The notes beneath the pieces are model-generated. The model ran no database searches and was not told the DNA's origin. It saw nothing but the letters and a program-made list of their open reading frames with translations. From the NCBI GenBank assembly GCA_025993875.1, contig JAMQHH010000014.1:8009-72008 (forward strand): a stretch of 64,000 nt of DNA. The letters are read 5' to 3'. Made by a program: the position numbers and the translations under genes. Every line of letters starts with the position of its first letter. Position 1 is the first letter of the stretch. Origin of the DNA: Candidatus Dojkabacteria bacterium (GTDB lineage Bacteria > Patescibacteriota > Dojkabacteria > J137). Below, piece after piece: positions 27,456-36,909 of the stretch.

Positions 27456-29010
27456 TTGTTGCTAAATTAATATGTAATCTCTCTTTTCTGCTTTTTTTTC
27501 GGTAAAATTTAGTAAAAATCATTGTCTTGAGTCCTTTTTCCTTAATAAATTCAAGGATAATTGTGCCAAATAATGCTGAATAAAGGCTTACCCAAAATAT
27601 ACTTAAAACTGTCGACGGAATGTCTCTAGGCTTAATTGCACCAATCACGATGGATGCTATTCCTAGCCCAAAAATAAGAAGGTGCGGATATATTACCGAG
27701 AAATTGGTCTTTGTTGTTTGTATTCCGTTAGTTGCCTGCCATACAAATTTTCTTCCTAAAAGAATTTCAAAAAAACTGCCTATATATATTGGAAAAGTTG
27801 CAATAGAAAGAGCCATAGACTTAAGTTTTAATCCGCCCATTGCATATAGCGTAATAGAAAAGTTTATTATAAAAAAGGGAATATATCTAATCAGCCAATC
27901 GGTTGCATTATTTGTAACTATGGGTCTTTCTCCTGTTAGCAGATAAATCATAGGAAATAAAACATAAGCCATAATTGCAAAGCCCGAAAGATAAAAAGTG
28001 CACGACATATATTGTATTCTTTGATCTAGTGAAAGATTTCTATTAAAAAGGGGAAAATGTTCCAACAACATAGAAAATCCACCTCTGGACCACCTTCTTT
28101 GTTGCTTAAAATATGATTCTATGGTGTCTGGCGCTAGTCCAATCGCCATAACATCCGGAACATAAAGCGTTTTCCATTTTAATTCGTGCAATTTGTACGA
28201 GGTAAATACGTCTTCGGAGTGGCTAACCTGTGCAAGCCCACCCATTTCTTCTAAAGCTTTTCTTCGATATATTACGTTTGTGCCTACGCAAAATGCAGCG
28301 TTAAACGAATTTTTACCTGGCATTATTAGCTCATAAAAAACATTTTGAATCGGTAAAGCTGCTTCTTCAACAAAGGTGGATCCTTTCTTATAGTACTGTG
28401 GAGTTTGTAAAAGAGCCAGATTTTCATCGTCAAAATATGGGAGCAATTTACTTAAAAAATCTTTTCTTGGAACAAAATCGGCATCAAACACAACTATGTA
28501 TTCACCATTTGATTGTTTTATTGCATTATTTACATTGCCCGATTTAAAATTTTCGTTAGTACCTCTATGTATATATTCAACTTTAAGAGTCTTTGCAAGA
28601 GTTTTGAGCTCATCTCTGCCTTTATCGTCCAAAATATATGTTTTGTGATTAAGATCCATACTTTTAACTGCAACAACTGTTTTCTTTATTACACTGAAAG
28701 GTTCGGTTACAACCGGTATAAACACATCTATTGTTGTCTTTTTAAACTTTTTTTGCAGTTCTTCTTTTTTTGCGTGTAAAGGTGTTGGCTCTTTATGGTG
28801 AAGAATTGTCCACCAAACAAAAACTGAGTGGACAATAACATAGGTTTCAACAATTATGTAAAAAATATATAGATAAGGGTTTGAAATAATTGAGGGATTA
28901 ATAATAAAGGAAAAATATAGAAGTGCAAATATTATTGCTAAAAAGGTAAGCAACAAAATTGACTTTTGCGCCTTTTGTAACTTGTTAAGATGTAACTCTT
29001 CTCTAGACAT
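27448..29010 (-). CDS. Processive family-2 beta-glycosyltransferase (cellulose/curdlan/chitin-synthase-like) with multiple TM helices
   Basis: 520 aa. The D, DxD (VVFDADF), TED-like and QQRRWSRG (QxxRW) motifs of processive GT2 polysaccharide synthases are present. TM helices occur at both ends. Confidence 0.75.
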   Translation of the reverse strand: MSREELHLNKLQKAQKSILLLTFLAIIFALLYFSFIINPSIISNPYLYIFYIIVETYVIVHSVFVWWTILHHKEPTPLHAKKEELQKKFKKTTIDVFIPVVTEPFSVIKKTVVAVKSMDLNHKTYILDDKGRDELKTLAKTLKVEYIHRGTNENFKSGNVNNAIKQSNGEYIVVFDADFVPRKDFLSKLLPYFDDENLALLQTPQYYKKGSTFVEEAALPIQNVFYELIMPGKNSFNAAFCVGTNVIYRRKALEEMGGLAQVSHSEDVFTSYKLHELKWKTLYVPDVMAIGLAPDTIESYFKQQRRWSRGGFSMLLEHFPLFNRNLSLDQRIQYMSCTFYLSGFAIMAYVLFPMIYLLTGERPIVTNNATDWLIRYIPFFIINFSITLYAMGGLKLKSMALSIATFPIYIGSFFEILLGRKFVWQATNGIQTTKTNFSVIYPHLLIFGLGIASIVIGAIKPRDIPSTVLSIFWVSLYSALFGTIILEFIKEKGLKTMIFTKFYRKKSRKERLHINLATNE

Positions 29011-29167
29011 TCTGGAGCCTAATTAAACAAGCCATTATAACAGAAAACAATTATTGCAAAAAATTTTTAGTTTTAAATAAAAAATAATCTTCCTAAAATC
29101 GCCGTAAAATAGATTAGAGTATTTAATTTGATATAATATATTAATAAATAATTTTTAACACCATCCT

Positions 29168-30088
29168 ATGGAATACCTATTTTTTATGTGCGGATTTGGA
29201 TTACTTGGAATTATTATTCTGGCAGTAATAGTATCCCCACCAATTTTTATTGTAAAGCAGCAAACAGTTGCAGTAGTGGAACGATTCGGAAAGTTTGCCC
29301 GTATTGCAACTCCTGGACTGCAATTTAAAATTCCAGTAATCGATAACATTAGCGGGAGGCTTTCTCTTAGAGTAAAACAGTTAGATGTCAGAGCCGAAAC
29401 AAAAACTTTAGATAATGTTTTTGTTCATGTTATCGTTTCGGTTCAATTTTATGTTATACCCGAAAAAGTTTACGATGCATTTTACAAGCTTTTAAATGCA
29501 GAAGTACAGATTAATTCATATGTATTTGATGTTGTAAGAGCCAGAGTTCCATCAATAAAACTAGATGATCTTTTCGAAAAAAAGGATGAAATTGCGACTG
29601 CAGTTAAAAACGAACTCAACGAAACAATGACAGGTTTTGGCTTTAACATTTTAAACGCTCTTGTTACCGATATTGAGCCGGACAAAAAAGTTAAGGAAGC
29701 CATGAACGAGATAAACGCAGCTCAAAGGCTAAGGGTTGCTGCAACCGAAAAAGGAGAAGCAGATAGAATTTTAAAGGTAAAAGCAGCTGAAGCCGATGCT
29801 CAGTCTAAAGCTCTTCAGGGTAAGGGGATTGCCGATCAGCGAAAAGCAATTATTGAGGGTCTTAAAGAGTCTGTTGAAGAGTTCCAAAAAGGTGTAGAAG
29901 GATCTACTTCGCAAGATGTTATGAATTTAGTCTTGCTAACACAGTATTTTGATACATTAAAAGAAGTAGGGCAAAACTCGGCTACAAATACAATCCTAAT
30001 CCCGCATAGCCCTGGAGGACTTAATGATCTTGCAGCACAAGTTAGAGACGCAATAATTACCGGAAATCAGGTAACAAAAACAAGGTAG
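29168..30088 (+). CDS. SPFH/band-7 (stomatin/prohibitin-like) membrane protein
   Basis: 306 aa. An N-terminal TM segment, an SPFH core (VVERFGKFARIATPGLQFKIPVIDNI...), and a coiled-coil A/E/K-rich C-terminal half. Confidence 0.8.
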   Translation: MEYLFFMCGFGLLGIIILAVIVSPPIFIVKQQTVAVVERFGKFARIATPGLQFKIPVIDNISGRLSLRVKQLDVRAETKTLDNVFVHVIVSVQFYVIPEKVYDAFYKLLNAEVQINSYVFDVVRARVPSIKLDDLFEKKDEIATAVKNELNETMTGFGFNILNALVTDIEPDKKVKEAMNEINAAQRLRVAATEKGEADRILKVKAAEADAQSKALQGKGIADQRKAIIEGLKESVEEFQKGVEGSTSQDVMNLVLLTQYFDTLKEVGQNSATNTILIPHSPGGLNDLAAQVRDAIITGNQVTKTR

Positions 30089-30092
30089 ATTT

Positions 30093-31280
30093 TTAGTAAA
30101 CATACAGTAGAAGTGACTTTAAATAGTCTATCTCCATGTGGTTAATATTTATTGGATGGTCTGAAGCAAGCCTTTGTCTACTTATAATTCTCACCTCTCT
30201 TTTTGCATCAAAGGCTGCTTTTTTAATAATTTGTTCAAACATCTCCTGGCTTAAATGATACGAACACGAGCATGTTAAAAGAATTGATCCGACAGGCATT
30301 TTAGATAATGAAGTTCTGTTAATTTCGGCATAGCCTTTTACTGCCTTATCCAAGTCGGTCTTCTTCTTGGCAAAAGCAGGTGGATCTAAAATAATTATGT
30401 CGAAATTTAATGGATTGGAACGTAAAAAATCAAAAGCATCTATGGCTAAAAAATCGTCATCTCCTATACTAAAGCTATTTGCTTCATAGTTTAGCTTACA
30501 TTGATTAATTGCCGGCTCCGAAATATCTATGGTAGTTACAGAAAGAGCGTTTCCTGATTTTGCATAAAGGCTAAATCCTCCTGTGTAACCGAAGCAGTTT
30601 AAAACTTTTTTCCCGTTTGAATAAGTTCCAATTAGGTTTCGCATCTCTCTTTGATCCAAGAACAGCCCAGTTTTCTGACTCTCAGTAATATTTACTACAA
30701 ACTTTATTCCATTTTCCTCCACTAAGGTATTCGAGGAGAGATTTCCGTAAAGTAAACCCTCAAATGGCATAAGTCCATCTTTTGATCGAGCACTCATAGT
30801 AGATTTTTCGTAAATTCCCTCTATTTTCAGCCCAATTTTACTTGAAGCATTCTTAATAAATTTAATAATTGTATTCTTTAACTTATCTATCCCAACAGTC
30901 GAAATTTGCAGGACCAAAATATCGTTATATCGATCAACTATTAGGCCGGGAACTAAATCACCTTCACCATTTATTAGCCTATATGCATTTGTGTTTTTAT
31001 CGTTAAATAGGTTTATACGCATTCGAAATGCCTTTTCGACGTTTTTTTCTAGTGATACAAGAGGATTCTCAGTACTGTAGTTAATCATTCTAATTGCTAT
31101 TGTTGTTTTATTGTTGCAGTAGCCGTGACCTAAAAATTCGTTTGAATAAGAATAAATTTCACAAATGTCACCATCGGCGAATTTTGCGCCATGGCTTATT
31201 GCACCACTAAAAATCCAGTGATGCCTTCTTTTTATGGGAATCTCCTTGCTTTGTTTTAAATAAATTGACGGATATTTCAT
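30093..31280 (-). CDS. PUA-domain class I SAM-dependent rRNA (m5C) methyltransferase, RlmI/RlmK-like
   Basis: GFSLYA motif I region, IILDPPAFAKKK (the DPPxF motif of m5C RNA MTases), and an N-terminal PUA-like region. The probable start is MKYPSIY at 31280, adjacent to the upstream stop; the ORF track extends to 31319. Confidence 0.65.
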   Translation of the reverse strand: MKYPSIYLKQSKEIPIKRRHHWIFSGAISHGAKFADGDICEIYSYSNEFLGHGYCNNKTTIAIRMINYSTENPLVSLEKNVEKAFRMRINLFNDKNTNAYRLINGEGDLVPGLIVDRYNDILVLQISTVGIDKLKNTIIKFIKNASSKIGLKIEGIYEKSTMSARSKDGLMPFEGLLYGNLSSNTLVEENGIKFVVNITESQKTGLFLDQREMRNLIGTYSNGKKVLNCFGYTGGFSLYAKSGNALSVTTIDISEPAINQCKLNYEANSFSIGDDDFLAIDAFDFLRSNPLNFDIIILDPPAFAKKKTDLDKAVKGYAEINRTSLSKMPVGSILLTCSCSYHLSQEMFEQIIKKAAFDAKREVRIISRQRLASDHPININHMEIDYLKSLLLYVY

Positions 31281-32125
31281 TGTATTAATAGCTGTTTTAG
31301 GTAATGCATTCCCCCCCATAATGCTCCCAAGTCGCCAAGTTCCGACTTTAAAATTACCGGTTTAACAGGTATTCGATTATATATCAAATTGTATTCTTTT
31401 ATCAGTTTTTCAATAACTATTTTATTGCCGTTAACGAGTCCTCCTCCCAATACTAATGCCTCCGGCGACCAACACATTGTTATATTTGCGAGTCCGATTG
31501 CCAAATAATTATGTACTTTCTCCCATACTGCTATATCGGCAATTTCACTTGGTTGTTTATTATATTGAGCTTTTAACGCGCTACCCGAAACAAGATTTTC
31601 CAATGTATAAAGTTTTTTATCTATTATCAGAATTTGATGTCCGGGTTCAAAGCCGGTGTAGTGTGGTTCAATAGCATTGTTTACTATCTTTACCCCACCT
31701 ACTCCCGTACTTATGGTTATATACCCGTTAATTTTATAATTTTTTGCTGCCCCAAAAACCGATTCTCCCAACCCAACCATTGCCGTATCGTTTTCTAAAT
31801 AGCAGCGCACACTGAGAGCTGCTTCTAATTCATTTTTTAGAAACACACCTTCCCATTCTTTTAAATGTGGGGCTTTTAGTAAAAAACTTTTGGAAGGTTC
31901 AAGTGTTCCGTGTACACCTGCAGCGGCTAATTTTAAAGAGGAACCTGCTGAAAAATCTTTTATATATTTTTTTGCAATTGAGATAAAATCTCTAAAATTT
32001 TTTGGGGTTGAAAATATTAAAGGTTCGGTAAAGCTTTTTAGCTCCGAACTTAGTGCAATCCGAGATTTTGTTCCTCCTATATCTGCTAAAAAATACATAT
32101 TTTTAATCTTTATCATGCCTGCCAA
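31277..32125 (-). CDS. ROK-family glucokinase
   Basis: ADIGGTKSRIAL (N-terminal ATP-binding), ENDTAMVGLGE, and ISTGVGGVKIV ROK motifs are present. The true start may be MYFLADIGG at 32098, which removes the 23-nt overlap with zwf-gnd. Confidence 0.7.
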   Translation of the reverse strand: MAGMIKIKNMYFLADIGGTKSRIALSSELKSFTEPLIFSTPKNFRDFISIAKKYIKDFSAGSSLKLAAAGVHGTLEPSKSFLLKAPHLKEWEGVFLKNELEAALSVRCYLENDTAMVGLGESVFGAAKNYKINGYITISTGVGGVKIVNNAIEPHYTGFEPGHQILIIDKKLYTLENLVSGSALKAQYNKQPSEIADIAVWEKVHNYLAIGLANITMCWSPEALVLGGGLVNGNKIVIEKLIKEYNLIYNRIPVKPVILKSELGDLGALWGGMHYLKQLLIQ

Positions 32126-34295
32126 ACATATGCCTTATTGCGGTAACTATTTTCCCGGCAAACCTTGGATTAGATTTAGCAGTTATCCTAAAATTAAGTG
32201 AATCTTCTATAACTTTAACATCTACTCCAAGTTTTTTACCTGTTTCCACTGTCCAGTCGCCCATACCGGTATGGGGTGTAATGTGTGAAATCGTATCGAG
32301 TTTATTAGAATAGATTAAAAATGCCTGCCATAACCATACAATTAATTTCGATTCTATTATGCTTCCTGAGCTATAGTTTCCAGCAACCTCCAAAAGGTCA
32401 ATTTCGGGACTATACGTATTTATAAGTTCAAAACCCTCTGCGATAGACTCCATCATTCCATATTCTATTCCGTTATGAACCATTTTTACAAAATGCCCTT
32501 CTCCCGGGTTTGAAAAAATTGTGTATCCCCCTGTTTCGCAGATGCTTTCGAAAAGGTATTCGACAGATCTCGTAACATCCGGTTTTCCTCCTACCATTAC
32601 TGTAGCTCCATTTCTAGCGCCGGTTGGCCCTCCCGAGGTTCCCATATCAATAAACTCAATTCCTTTCTCTTCTAAAAGCTTAAATCTTCTTAAAGAGTCT
32701 ATGTAGTTCGAGTTTCCTCCATCGATAATAATATCTCCTGTCTCCAAAAAGTTTATTAAACCATTTTCGCTAAAAATCACCTCTTCAATAGGATCCCCTT
32801 CTGGTAAATATAAAAGTATTGTTCTTGGCTTGGACATTGCGCTACATAAATCCTTAATGCTATTAAATCCATTAGCTTTATTTTTTACAAAATCAGCCAT
32901 TTTTTCGGGGGTCCGGTTGTAAACGAATAGGTTCCAGCCCTTATCTAGTAATTGATAAGCTATCCCGCCCCCCATTTTCCCTAAACCAATTATTCCAACA
33001 GTTTTTTTGTGATTCTCTACATTTTTATGTAACAGAGGATAAGAATAATCGTTATAAGTAACGATCCGATTAGGATCTTTTAATTTGTTAAACACAGGTA
33101 ATATTAAGTTCCAGCAAAATTTGGCTTCGGATACGGTTACTAGTTTCGAAAAATCACTCTTCAATATTATTTCGTTAAATGCTTTGCAGTATTCGGTAAG
33201 ATACGATTCTCCTTCTTCGTTCTCTTTTTCTGAAAAATATGAAATCTCTTTATTATTGATATTTGCAATAATATATTCTGAGTTACGATTAAAGGAGATA
33301 AGTAGAAAGTCCCCATTTTTAAAATTAATTTTTATCTCTTTTTCGACTTTAGAAAGCTTTTTACCACCTTCAATTTTGGCTACTACTCCTCTCCATCTGG
33401 GGGATTTTAGTTTAAGTTCCATTTTAAAAAAAGTTTCAGTACAAGATCTTTCCAGACCTTCTATGGTTTTATAAGAACTATACTGGCCAAGTATTAATGA
33501 TTGGTCAATAACCTCAAACGATTTTATTGCCCACTCTCTTTTTTCGGCAAAACTTACGGGGTTATATTTGTCAAATTTATCCATAGTAACTAAGGCTAGC
33601 ATTTCGAGCGCATGATTTTGCCCTACATCAGTTAAGGCGCCTGTTGAATCGTAAAATATACTGCGTTTTTCTATGCCTGATGTTTCGTTAATTTTTATTT
33701 CTATGCTTTTTACATAATTTTTATTTAGCGCAGACTCAAAAAGAGAAATTTCAAATCTAAATTTTAGAAAAGACTCTACGATTTTTTTGTAAAGGTAGTG
33801 ATCTATAATATAAAAATTACTACTCAAGTTATTAGCTTGTATTGATGTAGCAATTTTATTGGCTTCGGCCGGTGAGTTTCCGAATGGTTTTTCAGATAAA
33901 AAGAATAATTCGACAGAAGTTAAGGCCAACCGGTTAATTTTTACAATAATATCGTTGTAGCCTGTTGGCGGTACACTTAGATGGATAAAAGCTTTTTGTA
34001 TACCGTTTTTAAGAATGTATTCTTCAATTTTGGAGTAAAGTTCATCATTATTAAAATCACCACTTATAAAATCGGTATTTTTTTCAAGTGGCGAAATATC
34101 CTCAGAATTAAAAATCTCAGTTTTTAAAAAACTAAGAAACTCGGTTTTCCCGAATTGTTTTCTGGATATCCCAATAATATCTACATTTAGAAATTCGGGA
34201 TTCTTTTTGCACAGTAACTTAATACCAGGGAAAATTTTTCTTTTTGCCAGGTCTCCAGTTGCTCCAAATATAAATAAAGCTGTTTTCTTTTCCAT
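32103..34295 (-). CDS. zwf-gnd: Fused glucose-6-phosphate 1-dehydrogenase / 6-phosphogluconate dehydrogenase (decarboxylating, short form)
   Basis: 730 aa. N-terminal half carries the G6PD motifs GATGDLAKRK, EKPFG, IIDHYLYKK (RIDHYLGK), and DVGQNHALEM. C-terminal about 300 aa carries the 6PGD motifs IIGLGKMGGG, DGGNS, GTSGG, and HFVKMVHNGIEYG. Confidence 0.85.
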   Translation of the reverse strand: MEKKTALFIFGATGDLAKRKIFPGIKLLCKKNPEFLNVDIIGISRKQFGKTEFLSFLKTEIFNSEDISPLEKNTDFISGDFNNDELYSKIEEYILKNGIQKAFIHLSVPPTGYNDIIVKINRLALTSVELFFLSEKPFGNSPAEANKIATSIQANNLSSNFYIIDHYLYKKIVESFLKFRFEISLFESALNKNYVKSIEIKINETSGIEKRSIFYDSTGALTDVGQNHALEMLALVTMDKFDKYNPVSFAEKREWAIKSFEVIDQSLILGQYSSYKTIEGLERSCTETFFKMELKLKSPRWRGVVAKIEGGKKLSKVEKEIKINFKNGDFLLISFNRNSEYIIANINNKEISYFSEKENEEGESYLTEYCKAFNEIILKSDFSKLVTVSEAKFCWNLILPVFNKLKDPNRIVTYNDYSYPLLHKNVENHKKTVGIIGLGKMGGGIAYQLLDKGWNLFVYNRTPEKMADFVKNKANGFNSIKDLCSAMSKPRTILLYLPEGDPIEEVIFSENGLINFLETGDIIIDGGNSNYIDSLRRFKLLEEKGIEFIDMGTSGGPTGARNGATVMVGGKPDVTRSVEYLFESICETGGYTIFSNPGEGHFVKMVHNGIEYGMMESIAEGFELINTYSPEIDLLEVAGNYSSGSIIESKLIVWLWQAFLIYSNKLDTISHITPHTGMGDWTVETGKKLGVDVKVIEDSLNFRITAKSNPRFAGKIVTAIRHMFGRHDKD

Positions 34296-34424
34296 TCTTA
34301 AAAAGTAACTACATATAACTATAATTTAGCACCAAATTTTTTACAAATGTTTTGAAATTTTTTTTGTAGCTTTCCGTATTATCATTAAAGATATAAAAAT
34401 AAATTTAACTGTTATATTTTTTAT

Positions 34425-34757
34425 ATGCAGCTAGTGTTTTATCATTCGGGCATTTCGAAACCTACAGTTGAGACATTTGAAGAGTATTCCAAGATTAAAT
34501 TTCCAAGGTTACAGAAATTATATGCAAAAAAGGAGGATAGTAATCCTCTTATACAGGTAAGTATAAAAAAAGAACCACACGAGTTTGATATGAGTATTGA
34601 AACTTTTTTTAGAGGTAAAATGTTTGTAGTAAAGGAAAAAGCGGAAAGTGTAAAGGAGGTAATCGATAAATGCTATAAAACTCTTCGTTATGCTCTGAGT
34701 ACATATAAAAAACGCCAGATGGAGCACAAAGCAGAATGGAAAAGCGCAGTGGTATAA
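34425..34757 (+). CDS. hpf: Ribosome hibernation-promoting factor / RaiA (YfiA) family
   Basis: 110 aa. MQL...G...T...E...K...L...V.L and the AESVKEVIDKCYKTLRYAL..YKKR pattern track E. coli HPF ([27 protein letters not shown]). Confidence 0.55.
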   Translation: MQLVFYHSGISKPTVETFEEYSKIKFPRLQKLYAKKEDSNPLIQVSIKKEPHEFDMSIETFFRGKMFVVKEKAESVKEVIDKCYKTLRYALSTYKKRQMEHKAEWKSAVV

Positions 34758-34759
34758 AG

Positions 34760-35797
34760 TTATTCAATAATGTATTTTGTCATTCCGAGCTGTTGAGATA
34801 TTTTTATAACTGAAGTTGTATAGCTTTTAGATGGAAAAATTGCGGTATATGTTTTTCCCTCAAAATCAATATTTTGAATTGAATATGCATTTGGACTTTC
34901 GTTTAGTTGTGCAACATCAAGCTCTCTTATTAAAGCTTGCGGCTCGTCTAAAGCATAATTTTTATCTACATTATTTTCAACTTCTCTTACGGGCCAAAGA
35001 TAGGTTTTTGTACTTATTATTGGAATTAGTAATCCTTTGGGAGCTCCTTTATAAATTAAATAACTCAAAACTTTTTCTGCCCAAGAGATATTGGACACCT
35101 CTGCCGGAAGAATAAAATATTGATTAACTATTCCATAAAGTTCTACTTTATAATAATTTGCAAGAGAAAAAAAGATATCCCAGTTAAGTTTTTCCCCAAA
35201 ATTTACATCAAGCTTTTTGTAATGAAAATAATTAGCGTAATCACTCCAGTAGGGGTACATTCTAAGGTAAAGCGTAAGGTTAGGAAAAAGGCCTTTTAAA
35301 CTTTTTAAAAAATTAATATATTCACCTTGGTTGTTTTGTAAGCCTGCAGAAATTTCTATAGACTTTATTTCAGTAAAAAGTTCTAATTTATTTTTGATCT
35401 CTTCCAGATAAATTTGCGTTTTCTCCGAAGAATTAAATAAATTATTAGAGTCGACGTTTTTGTCGTTTTTAGAAATTACCATGGCTTTTGGTGATTCGCT
35501 TGAGTTTTGAGTTTTAACAGAAAAATCATTTTGAATTACAAAGTACAGCAGGTCTGTTTCTAAACTTGCTTTATCAATAAGGTTTGATGGAGTACTTTGC
35601 ATCCTTACTTGTTCTAGATTTTTTTCTTCTGCGTATTCGTGTGATTTATCTAATAAAGTTTCGGTAGCATATACAGTATAAGTAACGGGAACAGAGATTG
35701 AATAACTATTTTTCAGGAAAACCATCACTCCTGCCGATAATGCAACCAAAATAAAAAGCGAAAGTATTATCAATAAATAGTATTTAAGCTTTAGCAT
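34760..35797 (-). CDS. Hypothetical membrane-anchored/secreted protein
   Basis: 345 aa with an N-terminal TM/signal segment. No recognisable catalytic motif. Overlaps the rnhA start by 14 nt. Confidence 0.4.
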   Translation of the reverse strand: MLKLKYYLLIILSLFILVALSAGVMVFLKNSYSISVPVTYTVYATETLLDKSHEYAEEKNLEQVRMQSTPSNLIDKASLETDLLYFVIQNDFSVKTQNSSESPKAMVISKNDKNVDSNNLFNSSEKTQIYLEEIKNKLELFTEIKSIEISAGLQNNQGEYINFLKSLKGLFPNLTLYLRMYPYWSDYANYFHYKKLDVNFGEKLNWDIFFSLANYYKVELYGIVNQYFILPAEVSNISWAEKVLSYLIYKGAPKGLLIPIISTKTYLWPVREVENNVDKNYALDEPQALIRELDVAQLNESPNAYSIQNIDFEGKTYTAIFPSKSYTTSVIKISQQLGMTKYIIE

Positions 35798-36179
35798 CCA
35801 AAATCAAATTAACAAGTTTATCGGCAATTGCGTTTTGCTCTCTTGGAACATGAGTAAAAGAGATATTACTAAATTTATTAATAAGACTTTTAACTTTATT
35901 ATAAAGCTCTAACACCTTGGATTCCTTTACTTTATAAACACCCGTTAATTGCTTTACAACAAGTTCACTGTCCAAATAACACTCAACTTGTGTTACTCCC
36001 AATTTTAGAGTGTGTGTTAAAGCAAGTATCAGCGCACTATATTCAGCTACATTATTAGTTTGCGTACCTAAAAACTCTCCTCCTAAATCAATTAAGTTGC
36101 CGTCCTTGTATATTGCAAAGGCAGAAGCTGCATTCCCGGGATTTCCCCTCGAGCCCCCATCTGTAAAGATTTTGTGCAT
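35784..36179 (-). CDS. rnhA: Ribonuclease HI
   Basis: 131 aa. The RNase H1 motifs TDGGSRGNPG, TNNVAEYSALILAL, and HVPREQNAIADKL are present. Confidence 0.85.
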   Translation of the reverse strand: MHKIFTDGGSRGNPGNAASAFAIYKDGNLIDLGGEFLGTQTNNVAEYSALILALTHTLKLGVTQVECYLDSELVVKQLTGVYKVKESKVLELYNKVKSLINKFSNISFTHVPREQNAIADKLVNLILDAKA

Positions 36180-36184
36180 ATAAA

Positions 36185-36793
36185 TTATCTAACTTGATTA
36201 ATAAACCATGTAACATTTTTTATCCAAAGATCTTTATCGTCTGCAGGACCCGCGTATTTATTAATAATACAGGTTAAATCGCCTACACATGGAGCAATAA
36301 ATCTTTGCGATATAACACACGAAAGTTTGTTTAGAGATTCTTCCCAACCACTATATTCTATCCCATCTAGATACCCGTACGGATTGTATTTTTTATAGGG
36401 CACTTTTCCCAGCCCAGACTCGTTTCCGGCTATCCCTACTAAAACTGCATAATCTCCGCCACACTCAAGGGCTTTTCTAACAATAATTTCTTCGTATCCT
36501 ACAAGGGGAGAGCTGTAGTTAACAAAAAAAGTATGCACTTTAGCTGTTTGTTCGGCTATTAGTGTTTCTTTTTGCTGCGACTCCAAAAAATCGATAATTT
36601 TCTCAGCGACATCTTTTTGCTGATTCGAAAGAATTTTCCCAAAATTCGGTTCAACAGAATCTTGACTTTCAAAAGATTCTGCAGCAACAAGTTGCTGAAT
36701 GTGGGCTGATACACCCCACTGCAAAATTGAAAATAAAGAGATTAAAACGAGCATTAAGGGCACAAAGCCACTCTTTGCAAATTTATTTTTCAT
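36185..36793 (-). CDS. Hypothetical secreted protein
   Basis: 202 aa with an N-terminal signal peptide (FVPLMLVLISLFSILQWGVSA). No recognisable family. Confidence 0.4.
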   Translation of the reverse strand: MKNKFAKSGFVPLMLVLISLFSILQWGVSAHIQQLVAAESFESQDSVEPNFGKILSNQQKDVAEKIIDFLESQQKETLIAEQTAKVHTFFVNYSSPLVGYEEIIVRKALECGGDYAVLVGIAGNESGLGKVPYKKYNPYGYLDGIEYSGWEESLNKLSCVISQRFIAPCVGDLTCIINKYAGPADDKDLWIKNVTWFINQVR

Positions 36794-36909
36794 AAATAAT
36801 TTTCTATAAAATTTCTTGCACTAACTATTTTAGCAGTAAAATTTTAAATTGTAGAATTTGCTAACAAATTTCTCAGATAGAAGTATTTAGAATTCTCTCG
36901 ACTCATCGT

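Noticed and set aside
32103-32125. 23-nt overlap between the glucokinase and zwf-gnd ORFs
   Set aside because: It is probably an artefact of taking the first Met. The glucokinase more likely starts at MYFLADIGG (32098), consistent with ROK proteins that begin just before the DIGGT motif.
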